Shown here: piece after piece, positions 20,984 to 30,280 of the stretch | Layout: every line of letters begins with the position of its first letter | How positions within the stretch are numbered: position 1 is the stretch's first letter | Source of the DNA: an uncultured Ruficoccus sp. | Lineage (GTDB): Bacteria > Verrucomicrobiota > Verrucomicrobiia > Opitutales > Cerasicoccaceae | DNA: 64,000 nt | Assembly: GCA_965140785.1 (NCBI GenBank) | Contig: OZ223481.1 | Location: 64,001-128,000 of the forward strand | Reading direction: 5' to 3' | The notes under the pieces: generated by a model | Databases searched by the model: none | Told to the model about the DNA's origin: nothing | What the model saw: only the letters and a program-made list of their open reading frames with translations | Made by a program: the position numbers and the translations under genes

Positions 20984-21028
20984 GCAACGGGCAGGTGCAT
21001 AGCGGAAGACCGGCCAGAGTAATTTCAA

Positions 21029-21060
21029 GTCCCGCCCGGCAAAAGCCCGGCGGGATTTTT
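21029..21060 (+). terminator. intrinsic terminator after the sigma factor gene
   Basis: GTCCCGCC...GGCGGGAT followed by a T run. Confidence 0.65.
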
Positions 21061-21347
21061 GTGCCCGGAAAACGGAAAAGGCTGTGCGGATCGGGATGAC
21101 AGGAAATCTCTCTTCGGGAAATACAGGGTCCGATTGGCAGTGGGAAGAGGAGCACTCGTCACAAAATCCGTTGTCATCCTGAGAGAGCCTAGCGAGTCGA
21201 AGGATCTCCTGTCAGGAGATTTTACAAGGGCTCACAGCGGGCTCTCAAAACGACAAACTTTGCACAGCCCTGCCGATAATCGCCATTAGCAACGGTCCTA
21301 ACTAGCCCTTCTGCCGACATTGGCGCAGTTCCAGCTTTTTCACGGGC

Positions 21348-21788
21348 ATGAAAGAAGGCTGGTATGGCAATGAATACCTGATCCTGTTCGAGGGAGAGGA
21401 GATCGAGGCACGCGGACGGGATTACACCATCGGGCAATACCTGCCCGGGCACACCCTGCTCGGGCTGGCGGCGTGGGACAACTTCATCGTACGCGAGGAT
21501 ACAAGCGGTAAGCTCTATAAGGTCCTCACCCTGCCCATGCGCCCGGAGTACCGCCAGCCCTGCGAGATCGATCTGGAAGAGGCTATACTGAATCTGGAGC
21601 GAGACATGCGCTACTACCAGAAGATCAAGTGGTATGTCGATCCGGTCGTTTTCGGCGGCGATCCCGAGCCCGGCGAGAACATGGTCTGGCTCCCGCACAA
21701 GGAGCACGTCGAGGCCGTCCAGTACTGGAACCACATTTTTGACAACATGGCCCCCGGGGCCAAACCCGCCCCGGCCCGGCAGTCCTGA
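21348..21788 (+). CDS. hypothetical protein
   Basis: 146-aa ORF with host-like codon usage. Confidence 0.65.
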   Translation: MKEGWYGNEYLILFEGEEIEARGRDYTIGQYLPGHTLLGLAAWDNFIVREDTSGKLYKVLTLPMRPEYRQPCEIDLEEAILNLERDMRYYQKIKWYVDPVVFGGDPEPGENMVWLPHKEHVEAVQYWNHIFDNMAPGAKPAPARQS

Positions 21789-21934
21789 TCGCCACAAGCA
21801 CGGCACCTTTCCCGCCTAACCTCGATCAATGCCATTTCCCAGAAGGAAAGGCTATACAGATTAGCCACGGATGAACGTGAATGAGAAGAGGTAGCTGGCT
21901 GCCTTTGTCACCAACAGCCACCCAAACCGCGCAT

Positions 21935-21964
21935 AAAAAAGCCCCGGCTTCAAGCCGGGGCTTT
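21935..21964. terminator. bidirectional intrinsic terminator
   Basis: AAAAAAGCCCCGGCTT-C-AAGCCGGGGCTTT between convergent genes. Confidence 0.8.
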
Positions 21965-22002
21965 GTGTTTTAAATGACTGTCGGAATCTTTCGTGATGCA
22001 CT

Positions 22003-22067
22003 CGGGGTAGCCGCCTTTCTGGCGGCGTAGGGGCGCAGCCCCTCATTGCCCCGCGGGTGCAACCCGC
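22003..22067 (-). repeat. three-hairpin GTAG-type REP, copy 2
   Basis: Abuts the rpsA stop; near reverse complement of copy 1. Confidence 0.8.
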
Positions 22068-23729
22068 TTACTCCTTGGTGGCTTCGTCGAGGATGTCGCC
22101 GAGGTTGGTCAGGTCGGAGTCGCTCTTGACCTTGTCGAAGGCGGCGACTTCGGCGGCGAGCTGGTCGCGGTCGTAAGAGGCAGCCTTGATCGACAAGCCG
22201 ATGCGGCGGTCGTCGCGGTCGATCTTGATCACGCGGGCATCGACTTCGTCGCCTTCCTTGAGCACGTCCTTGATCTTCTCGACGTGGTCTTCGGCGATCT
22301 GGCTGATGTGCACCAGGCCGTCGATGTCCTGATCGAGCTGGATGAACGCGCCGTACGAGGTGATCTTCGTGACCTTGCCCTTGACGACGTCGCCGATCTT
22401 GAAGTAGCGGTCGATCTCGCTCCAAGGGTCGTCGGAGAGCTGACGCATGCCCAGGGAGATGCGCTGCTGGTCCACATCCACGTCGAGGACGATGGCGTCG
22501 ATCTCGTCACCCTTCTTGAGCATTTCGCTCGGGTGGTTGATCTTGCGGGTCCAGGACATGTCGGAGACGTGAACCATCCCGTCGATGCCTTCTTCGAGCT
22601 CAACAAACGCACCGTAAGTGGTGAGATTGCGAACCTTGCCGCGGACGCGGGCGCCGACCGGGTAGTTGTGGCGGGCCATATCCCACGGATTGACTTCGAG
22701 CTGGCGAACGCCGAGGGAGATCTTCTGCTCGTCCTTCTGGATACCCAGGACAACGGCGTCGATTTCTTCGCCGACCTTGAGCACTTCGCTCGGCTTGGAG
22801 ATACGCTTGGTCCAGGACAGCTCGGTGACGTGCACGAGGCCTTCCACGCCCTCTTCCAGCTCCACAAAGGCGCCGTAGGGGACGAGGTTGACGACCTTGC
22901 CGGAGACCTTGCCGCCGACCGGGAACTTCTTCTCGATATTTTCCCAGGGGTTTTCGGTGGTCTGCTTGAGGCCGAGGGAGACGCGTTCGCGCTCGCGGTC
23001 CACTTCGATGATCATGACGTTGATCTCTTCGCCCACCTTGAGCATTTCGCTCGGGTGGGAGATGCGGCCCCAGCTCATGTCGGTGATGTGGAGGAGGCCG
23101 TCGAGGCCGTCCAGGTCGATGAACGCACCGTAGTCGGTGATGTTCTTGACCGTGCCGCGGCGGGTGTCGCCCGGCTTGACTTCTTCAAGCAGCTTGCGGC
23201 GCTTTTCCTGGCGCTGCTCTTCGATCAGCTCGCGGCGCGAGATGACGATGTTGCGGCGCTCGGTGTTGATCTTGAGGATCTTGAAATCGTAGGTCTGGGC
23301 CAGGTACTGGTCCAGGTTCTTCGGGGGCTGGATGTCGATCTGCGAGGCCGGCAGGAACGCGTCCACGCCAATGCTGACGATGAGGCCGCCCTTGACCTTG
23401 CTCTTGACGCGACCGGGGATGATGGTCCCCTCTTCGCACTTGCTGAGGATGTTCTCCCAGTTCTTCTTCTGCTCGGCCTTGTCGAAGGAGAGGATCGGAT
23501 TGCCGTCCTTGTCTTCGAGCTTTTCGAGGAAAACTTCGATTTCCTCGCCGATGGACAGCTCGCCGATGTCGAAAAATTCGCTGGCGGAAATGGAGCCTTC
23601 GGACTTGCCGCCGATATCGACGATAACTTCGTTCTGGCGGACTTCGGTGATGGTACCCTTGACGATGGTACCGGAGTGCAGGTTACCCAGCTCGCTTTGC
23701 GCGAGCAGTTCTTCCATAATGGAACTCAT
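22068..23729 (-). CDS. rpsA: 30S ribosomal protein S1
   Basis: Six S1 repeats ('YGAFIDL.G.DGLLHITDMSW' and similar); ATG at 23729. Confidence 0.97.
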   Translation of the reverse strand: MSSIMEELLAQSELGNLHSGTIVKGTITEVRQNEVIVDIGGKSEGSISASEFFDIGELSIGEEIEVFLEKLEDKDGNPILSFDKAEQKKNWENILSKCEEGTIIPGRVKSKVKGGLIVSIGVDAFLPASQIDIQPPKNLDQYLAQTYDFKILKINTERRNIVISRRELIEEQRQEKRRKLLEEVKPGDTRRGTVKNITDYGAFIDLDGLDGLLHITDMSWGRISHPSEMLKVGEEINVMIIEVDRERERVSLGLKQTTENPWENIEKKFPVGGKVSGKVVNLVPYGAFVELEEGVEGLVHVTELSWTKRISKPSEVLKVGEEIDAVVLGIQKDEQKISLGVRQLEVNPWDMARHNYPVGARVRGKVRNLTTYGAFVELEEGIDGMVHVSDMSWTRKINHPSEMLKKGDEIDAIVLDVDVDQQRISLGMRQLSDDPWSEIDRYFKIGDVVKGKVTKITSYGAFIQLDQDIDGLVHISQIAEDHVEKIKDVLKEGDEVDARVIKIDRDDRRIGLSIKAASYDRDQLAAEVAAFDKVKSDSDLTNLGDILDEATKE

Positions 23730-23899
23730 AGGTCTTTGACTGTTGGCCGGAAAGCACACCCCCCAATATTCGGCGGCGCTCCGGGGTTAAGGTTAGGTTG
23801 TTTGGTTTATCGGTTTCTGACTGGGGTCCGCTGGTTAGAGCGGCGAAAGGGGGAAGAAAATGCACCACAACCCCCACCCTGACAAGCACAATCGTCCAG

Positions 23900-23964
23900 G
23901 CGGGTTGCACCCGCTGGCAATCATGGGGCTCTGCCCCATCGCGGCCAGCAAGGCCGCTGCCCCG
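23900..23964 (+). repeat. three-hairpin GTAG-type REP, copy 3
   Basis: GCGGGTTGCACCCGC..ATGGGGCTCTGCCCCATCGCGGCCAGCAAGGCCGCTGCCCCG. Confidence 0.78.
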
Positions 23965-23981
23965 ATAGCTCGCCCGCCGGA

Positions 23982-24512
23982 TTACTTTCCACTCCAGTCG
24001 TACAATTGGAGATGGTATGGGGTCTGACACGTCTGGAGGCTCGCGTTGCCATCCGGGTGCAACGAGGTGGTCCATCCCAGAAAATACGGCCTGACCCATA
24101 GCCGGGGCTGCACTGGCCGCGTCCCCTCCCCGCTGGTCAAACAGGCCCCCGAAGGGTCCGGAACCATGTATTCCTTTTTGTCATTCGTTCTCCAAAGGAC
24201 CATGTTGTTGCACGTCCACACCCAGCCACGCTGCTCGGGCGGTGCCACGATCTTGCCCTCCTCATCGATGAAATACATCTTCAGGTAGCTGCCCACGAAG
24301 CGTAGGTTCATCCGCAGTTCCCCGGAATGCCATCCAACACTACGGTATTCCCAGTACACACCACCCTCGGGAAGCTCGTCCCCGACCCGAAGACTTGCCA
24401 CGTCCGCGTCAGCCGGCCCAACGTAAAGTGGCGGGTCCTCGGGCAGTTTCTCCGCAGAGGCAAACGGCACACATAGGCAGAACAAGACAAACAGCGAGGC
24501 GCGGCGCAGCAT
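23982..24512 (-). CDS. hypothetical exported protein
   Basis: ATG at 24512 gives the signal peptide MLRRASLFVLFCLCVPFASA. Confidence 0.6.
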   Translation of the reverse strand: MLRRASLFVLFCLCVPFASAEKLPEDPPLYVGPADADVASLRVGDELPEGGVYWEYRSVGWHSGELRMNLRFVGSYLKMYFIDEEGKIVAPPEQRGWVWTCNNMVLWRTNDKKEYMVPDPSGACLTSGEGTRPVQPRLWVRPYFLGWTTSLHPDGNASLQTCQTPYHLQLYDWSGK

Positions 24513-24574
24513 ACCAGAAAATGATATTGCCGCATTCGCCCTCAGCAACTCCAAAGTCCGGCTGGACCAGCAGT

Positions 24575-24619
24575 CGGGGTAGCGGCCTTTCTGGCCGCGT
24601 AGGGGCAGCGCCCCTCATT
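24575..24619 (-). repeat. GTAG-type REP, copy 4 (two hairpins)
   Basis: CGGGGTAGCGGCCTTTCTGGCCGCGTAGGGGCAGCGCCCCTCATT just after the aguA stop. Confidence 0.78.
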
Positions 24620-24623
24620 CGGA

Positions 24624-25655
24624 TCAAACGCCGAGCGTTTGCGGCTGGTGCTGGGAGAGGCAGTGGACGGCGCCGCCTTCTTCGAGGAACAGGCGGCAAT
24701 CGAAGCTGACGGCCTTGCGGCCCGGGAAGCAGTCCGCGAGCAGGCTCCGGGCGAAGTCGTCGTTCTTGGGCTGACCAAAGCTCGGCACGATGACCGCGTC
24801 GTTGACGAGCGCGTAGTTTAAATAGCTGGCCGGGCGGGGCTCGGGCCAAGTCGGATCCGGCTCGGGCAGCGGCAGCTCCAGCACGGTCTCGAAGCGCTCC
24901 TTGAGCCGCAGGCGGGCCTCTTCCAGCCACGGCTGACAGGTTGCACCTGCTGGCATTGTTTTGGGTTCCACTGCCGTCAATACGGCATTTTCCCCGATGA
25001 AGCGGGTCATGTTGTCGATGTGGCCGTCGGTGTCGTCGTGGTCGAGCCCGCGCGGAAGCCAGAAGATTTCCCCCACCCCCAAAAGCCGCCGCAGCTCGGC
25101 CTCGACCTGCTGGCGGGACCAGTCGGGGTTGCGGTTCGGGTTGAGCAAGACCTCCTCGGTGGTCAGAAGCACGCCCGCGCCGTTGGACTCGACCGCCCCA
25201 CCCTCCAGAATCAACTCGGAGCGATGGCTGGGCACGCCGAGCGCGGCTGCCATGCGGGCGGGCACCTCGTTGTCGCGCTCGAAGGGCTCGAACTTCCCGC
25301 CCCAGGCATTGAACTGCCAATCGGTCGCGGCGAGCTTGCTCGTCTGCGCGTCACGGACGAAAACCGCCCCATGGTCGCGGCACCAGACATCGTCGGTCGG
25401 GTGATCGTGAAGCTCGATGACGGAGAGGTCGGCCTTGGCGCGATTGAGGTGATCACGGATTTTCGCGTGGGCGGAACCGTCGGCGTTGATCCTGACCGGC
25501 TCGAAATAGCTGAACTGCGCCGCCAGCCGCGCGAAGGCCGGCTCAATCTCCGTGCGGAAGTCTTTCCAGATGTGCGTGCTGACCGGCCACGAGAGCCAGA
25601 TCGCGTCCTGGGGTTCCCACTCGGCGGGGAGGATGAAAGTCGGTTCGGCGGGCAT
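24624..25655 (-). CDS. aguA: agmatine deiminase (peptidylarginine deiminase family)
   Basis: 'PAEWEP', 'DVWCRDHG', 'FNAWGGK', 'LEGGAVESNG', 'DDTDGHID', 'GGAVHC'. Confidence 0.88.
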   Translation of the reverse strand: MPAEPTFILPAEWEPQDAIWLSWPVSTHIWKDFRTEIEPAFARLAAQFSYFEPVRINADGSAHAKIRDHLNRAKADLSVIELHDHPTDDVWCRDHGAVFVRDAQTSKLAATDWQFNAWGGKFEPFERDNEVPARMAAALGVPSHRSELILEGGAVESNGAGVLLTTEEVLLNPNRNPDWSRQQVEAELRRLLGVGEIFWLPRGLDHDDTDGHIDNMTRFIGENAVLTAVEPKTMPAGATCQPWLEEARLRLKERFETVLELPLPEPDPTWPEPRPASYLNYALVNDAVIVPSFGQPKNDDFARSLLADCFPGRKAVSFDCRLFLEEGGAVHCLSQHQPQTLGV

Positions 25656-25797
25656 GGTTTTATTCTCACACGGAGGCACAGGGGCACGGAGTTTATTCTA
25701 TATAAGTCCCTTTGTGCGCTTCGTGTCTCCTTTGTGTACTTTGTGACCTCAAAAAGTCACTCAGCTAGGGTTCTCCCGTCGGTGTTCCTTCCGGGTT

Positions 25798-26211
25798 TCA
25801 AGAATATGCATATTCGATATGAATGTTACGATCCCTAAGCATCCTCATAAAATCACTACAGACCTCAGGGGGCGAAAAAGGGGGGAAAACGCCTCCCATA
25901 AAACCACCTCCCGTCGAAGAGGAAAACTTTGTCTTTATAATTATTTTTGAACCCTCGGGCAGGTCACTAACTTTAGATAAGACGTGGCTCAAGCCATCAT
26001 CGCCATCCCCGACCAATTCTCCATCAACATAATATGAGACAGATTCAGCACTCATAGCCGGGTCTCCATTTTCACATTTCCAATATATAGAAATACATGC
26101 AGGAGCACCAACATGGTTTTTACCTGTATTTTGATGCACATCTCCGCGATGGCACCCGTCTACAAGTGGCATAAGGATAATTATTAATACAAATAAACAT
26201 ATATCATTCAT
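25798..26211 (-). CDS. AT-rich hypothetical (possible lipo)protein inserted between aguB and aguA
   Basis: Hydrophobic N-terminus ending in ...DGC; lower GC than its neighbours. Confidence 0.5.
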   Translation of the reverse strand: MNDICLFVLIIILMPLVDGCHRGDVHQNTGKNHVGAPACISIYWKCENGDPAMSAESVSYYVDGELVGDGDDGLSHVLSKVSDLPEGSKIIIKTKFSSSTGGGFMGGVFPPFSPPEVCSDFMRMLRDRNIHIEYAYS

Positions 26212-26238
26212 CGAAAACCAGAATTAGGAAAATCCAAA

Positions 26239-27096
26239 CTAGTCGATGGCGCGTTTGGTGATGTCGCCGTAGGCGTCGATGCGGCGGTCGCGCAGGAAGG
26301 GCCACCAGCGGCGAAACTCCTCCATCGCCTCCAGATCGACCGTGTGCAAGAGGATTTCAGCGCCCTCGCCGGCCTCGGCCACGCGCTGGCCGTAGGTGTT
26401 CGCCACGAAGGAGTGGCCCCAGAACTCCGTCTCGCCCTCGGTGCCGACGCGATTGATGGCGGCGACGGTGCAGCCGTTGGCCACCGCGTGCGAACACTGG
26501 ATGGTCTGCCAGGCGTTGAGCTGGGCCGCACCGAGCTCGGCCTTTTCGGCGGGAAGCCAGCCGATGGCGGTCGGGTAAAAAAGAATCTGCGCCCCGGCCA
26601 GCGCGGTCAGGCGGGCGGCCTCCGGGTACCACTGGTCCCAGCAGATGAGCACGCCGATGCGCCCAAAGCGCGTCTCCCAGACCCGGAACCCCAGGTCACC
26701 GGGCGTGAAGTAAAACTTCTCCTCAAAGCCGGGGTCTTGCGGGATGTGCATCTTGCGGTATTTGCCCAGCAGTGTGCCATCGGCGTCGATGACCGCGGCG
26801 GTGTTGTGGTACAGCCCGCTCATGCGCTTCTCAAACATCGGGGCCACGATGACCACGCCCAGCTCCTTCGCCAGGGCGCAGAGCGCGTCCGTCGTCGGGC
26901 CGGGCATGGGCTCGGCCAGGTCGAAGGCCTCCGGGTCCTGCGTGCGGCAGAAGTACAGGGTGGTGAACATCTCCGGCAGGCAGATAATCTGCGCCCCCTT
27001 GGCGGCGGCCTCGCGGATGCGGGCCTCAGCGGCGGCGAGGTTATCGGCCGGAGCGGCGGCCATGGTCATCTGGACGAGTCCGAGGGTGACATGCAT
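26239..27096 (-). CDS. aguB: carbon-nitrogen hydrolase, N-carbamoylputrescine amidase
   Basis: E-K-C triad 'LPEMF', 'YRKMHIP', 'ICWDQWYPE'; 'EKFYFTPGD'; next to agmatine deiminase. Confidence 0.85.
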   Translation of the reverse strand: MHVTLGLVQMTMAAAPADNLAAAEARIREAAAKGAQIICLPEMFTTLYFCRTQDPEAFDLAEPMPGPTTDALCALAKELGVVIVAPMFEKRMSGLYHNTAAVIDADGTLLGKYRKMHIPQDPGFEEKFYFTPGDLGFRVWETRFGRIGVLICWDQWYPEAARLTALAGAQILFYPTAIGWLPAEKAELGAAQLNAWQTIQCSHAVANGCTVAAINRVGTEGETEFWGHSFVANTYGQRVAEAGEGAEILLHTVDLEAMEEFRRWWPFLRDRRIDAYGDITKRAID

Positions 27097-27337
27097 AAGA
27101 CAAAGAAAGAAAGGAGTTAACCACAGAGAACAGAGAGCGCGAGACGGATATCACCTCGCCTGCTCGAATCGCCCGCTATCAATAAACATGCATTAAAAGA
27201 ACACAGCGGGCTTTGTCGAAAACGAAGTTTTCATCGCGTGCCCAGCTCACGCCCTTTGCTAACACTCCTTCACAAAAAAGCGCCCGGCTATCACAGCCGG
27301 GCACTTGGTAAATAACGATCTACAAGATATGTCTCCG

Positions 27338-27401
27338 GGGGGTAGCGGCCTTTCTGGCCGCGTAGGGGCAGGCGCCCCTCATTGCCCCGTGCGGCCACGC
27401 A
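27338..27401 (-). repeat. three-hairpin GTAG-type REP, copy 5
   Basis: Abuts the hisG stop; GGGGTAGCGGCCTTTCTGGCCGCGTAGGGGCAGGCGCCCCTCATTGCCCCG. Confidence 0.78.
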
Positions 27402-28286
27402 CTAGGGGACGACCTTGTTGAGCGGGTACTCGATGATGCCCTCGGCGCCGTGGGCCTTGAGGGTCGGGATCATCTCGCGCACCACCTTCTCGTCCACGAT
27501 GACCTCTAGGGCGACATAATCGCTATTGGTCAGGGGGGAGACGGTCGGGTTGCGCAGGGCGGGCAGGTCTTTGAGCACTTCGTCCACCTTGTCCTTCTGA
27601 ATGTTGAGCTTGAGGCCGACCTTGGCGTTCGCCGCGAGGGCCGCCTTGAGCAACAGGGCGATGGTCTCGATCTTGGCCCGCTTGGCCGGGTTTTCCCAAG
27701 CCTGCTTGTTGGCAATGAGCTTGGTGTTGGTCTCCAGCAGCACGTCCACGATACGCAGCTTGTTGGCGCGCAGGGAGTTGCCGGTCTCGGTCAAATCGAC
27801 AATGGCGTCTACCATGTCGGGAACCTTGACCTCGGTCGCGCCCCAGGAGAATTCCACATCGGCGGTGACGCCGTTGCTGTCCAGGTACTTGCGGGTCAGA
27901 TTGACCACTTCGGTGGCGATGCGCTTGCCCTCGAGGTCCTTGACAGACTGGACGGACGAGGCCTCCGGCACGACGAGCACCCACTTGCTCTTCACGTTGG
28001 AGGCGCGGCTGTAGATCAGGTCGCATACCTCAACGACATCAGAACCGTTTTCCACGACCCAGTCATGACCGGTGAGCCCGCAATCAAAGAAACCGTGTTC
28101 GACGTAACGGCTCATTTCCTGGGCGCGGATGAAGCGCCCGTCGAGCTCCGGATCGTCGAAACCGGGACGGTACGACCGAGAGCTCTTGGTGATCTTGAAG
28201 CCGGCCTTGGCGAAGAGCTTGAGGGTCGCCTCTTCGAGGCTACCCTTCGGCAGGCCGAGCATGAGCATGGGTTTATTCTCGTTCAC
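27402..28286 (-). CDS. hisG: ATP phosphoribosyltransferase (long form)
   Basis: 'LGLPKGSL', 'GLTGHDW', 'WGATE', '[18 protein letters not shown]', C-terminal regulatory domain. Confidence 0.95.
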   Translation of the reverse strand: MNENKPMLMLGLPKGSLEEATLKLFAKAGFKITKSSRSYRPGFDDPELDGRFIRAQEMSRYVEHGFFDCGLTGHDWVVENGSDVVEVCDLIYSRASNVKSKWVLVVPEASSVQSVKDLEGKRIATEVVNLTRKYLDSNGVTADVEFSWGATEVKVPDMVDAIVDLTETGNSLRANKLRIVDVLLETNTKLIANKQAWENPAKRAKIETIALLLKAALAANAKVGLKLNIQKDKVDEVLKDLPALRNPTVSPLTNSDYVALEVIVDEKVVREMIPTLKAHGAEGIIEYPLNKVVP

Positions 28287-28449
28287 AGCCCTCCAGTGAC
28301 AACGCCAGGGCCACTCGAGGGCAAGACTAAAGCGGGAGATCTAGGGTCATCACTTGTAAAAAAATGATTTGATATAAGCTCCGTTAAATGTAAAAAATCG
28401 TTTCAGTCTCTGCCACAAAGAGATCGACGCCCGCCCCTCCTCCTCCCCG

Positions 28450-29187
28450 ATGGCTACCACCAAACCGCTGATCCTAATCCTCGAAGACGAGAAAGAGCTC
28501 GCCGGCATGGTCGCTGATCAACTCGAGGAAGCTGGCATGATGACCCAGGTCTTTCATACCGTGGCCAACGCCGAGCGCTACTTGAGCCGGAATTTTGCCA
28601 ATCTTATGCTGCTCGACGTCGATCTGCCCGACGGAAACGGCTTCGACCTCTTCGAGAGCCTGAAGAAGCGGAACATCAACATCCCCGTCATCTTCCTGAC
28701 CGCTGCCAACTCCGAAATCCTCAAGGTTCGCGGCCTCGACATGGGCGGTGACGACTACGTGACCAAGCCCTTCAGCTTTCCGGAGCTTATCGCCCGCATC
28801 AACGCCGTGCTGCGCCGCGCCGAGACGGCCAAGGATTTCCAGATCACCCAGAACGCAAAACTGACCGAAGAGCCCTTCCCTTTCTGCGGCGCGGAGATCA
28901 ACCCGCTGCGCCTGGAAGCCATCTTTCCCGACGGCGAAACCGAGAAAATCGGCCGCAAGGAGCTGGGTATCATGATCTACCTGATCTCCAATCCCGGCAC
29001 GGTTCTGACCCGCCGCAGCCTGATCCATGCGGTCTGGGGCGTCCACGCCGACATCAAAAGCCGCTCGCTCGACCAGTATATCGTCAAAATCCGCGACTTG
29101 CTGGCCCGTCATCAGTGCGCCGCCGACTGCTTCCGCACCATCCACGGCGTCGGCTATATTTACGACGAATCCGGTGAGTCGAAGTAG
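28450..29187 (+). CDS. OmpR-family response regulator
   Basis: REC 'LLDVDLPDG...DDYVTKPF' plus winged helix 'TIHGVGY'. Confidence 0.9.
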   Translation: MATTKPLILILEDEKELAGMVADQLEEAGMMTQVFHTVANAERYLSRNFANLMLLDVDLPDGNGFDLFESLKKRNINIPVIFLTAANSEILKVRGLDMGGDDYVTKPFSFPELIARINAVLRRAETAKDFQITQNAKLTEEPFPFCGAEINPLRLEAIFPDGETEKIGRKELGIMIYLISNPGTVLTRRSLIHAVWGVHADIKSRSLDQYIVKIRDLLARHQCAADCFRTIHGVGYIYDESGESK

Positions 29188-29474
29188 CCCTGCCAATCCT
29201 TTCCGGGTTTAGGCATGCTGGCTGTAAAAGCCATAGCAACCAGTAATCCTTACCATCCGGCCCACTGCCATTGTTCGTCAAAAAAAGTGTTAATCTCTCC
29301 CTGCTCGCGTGCGACCAAACACGGTCGAGCTGAGGACATGACACTGTTCTGATCCGATTATATCTACGATAGATGGCCTCCCCCAGGCTTCAACCAGTGG
29401 GATGTCCCCTATTTCATTGCGCAAAAGCATTGACCCGTTATCAAACGGCCACATTAGCTTATTTCATACTACCT

Positions 29475-30213
29475 ATAAGCCTCAAGCGCTTCCTTCCTTT
29501 TATCGCATGCCTGATCGCCTGGAATGCCCAGGCCGAGATCATCAACTACGCCTTTACCGGCGTGATGAAAGGCACCTCGCCCAATACCAGCAAAGCGAAT
29601 TTCAAGACTGGGGACACGTTCGAACTCACCTTCTCCATCGACACCAACTCCACGCCGACCTCCCGCGGCCCCCAGTACGGCACGAGCTACGTGAACGGCG
29701 TCAACATCCTCTCCTCCACACTGACGATCACAAGTGCCAGTAGCTCGACTGTATCTGTTGATCTCACCTCTACGACGGGCACCCTGGCCCTCTACCACAC
29801 GTATAGCCCTTATTCCGGCTCGCCTTACGATAGCTTCATGTTCTCCACCAGCCTTCCGGAGAACACCTATATCGACCAAGGCACCCCCACTTGCCAGTTC
29901 TCATTATCTGACCGCCATCGGGCTCAATTTGAAAGGCCCTCTGAACACGCTAGCCATGGACTCTGGCGGTGAATGACCCCTCTTCCCTGATACCATTACC
30001 CTGTCCGATTGGGACGCCTATAATGCCACCGCCCCCTATATCAGCTCCAGCCTGGAAATGTCCTTCAAGCAGGGCTCAACCGGTGGCATCTCCAGCAAGT
30101 TCGGCGAAATCACCGCCGCCTCTGCTGCCCCCGTCCCCGAACCGGCGACCTATGCTGCCCTCTTCGCTGCAGCAACATTTGCCACTGTCCTTATCCGTAA
30201 GCGCCGCAAGTAA
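29475..30213 (+). pseudogene. degenerate PEP-CTERM sorting-domain protein
   Basis: Signal-peptide frame shifts near the C5 run at ~29884; in-frame TGA at 29974-29976; C-terminus VPEPATYAALFAAATFATVLIRKRRK*. Confidence 0.75.
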
Positions 30214-30232
30214 GTCGCCCAGATATGGCATC

Positions 30233-30265
30233 AAAAAACCGACACGCTCCGTGTCGGTTTTTTTT
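30233..30265. terminator. bidirectional intrinsic terminator
   Basis: AAAAAACCGACACG-CTC-CGTGTCGGTTTTTTTT. Confidence 0.85.
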
Positions 30266-30280
30266 ATCGCTATCATCGAC

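Noticed and set aside
21173..21220. GTCATCCTGAG...GAAGGATCT palindromic repeat remnant
   Set aside because: Single degenerate copy in this window; not enough to define a family or a function.
20920..27401. REP copies as a CRISPR array, tRNAs or hammerhead ribozymes
   Set aside because: The copies are dispersed rather than regularly spaced, there are no cas genes, and no T-loop/anticodon pattern or CUGANGA...GAAA core is present.
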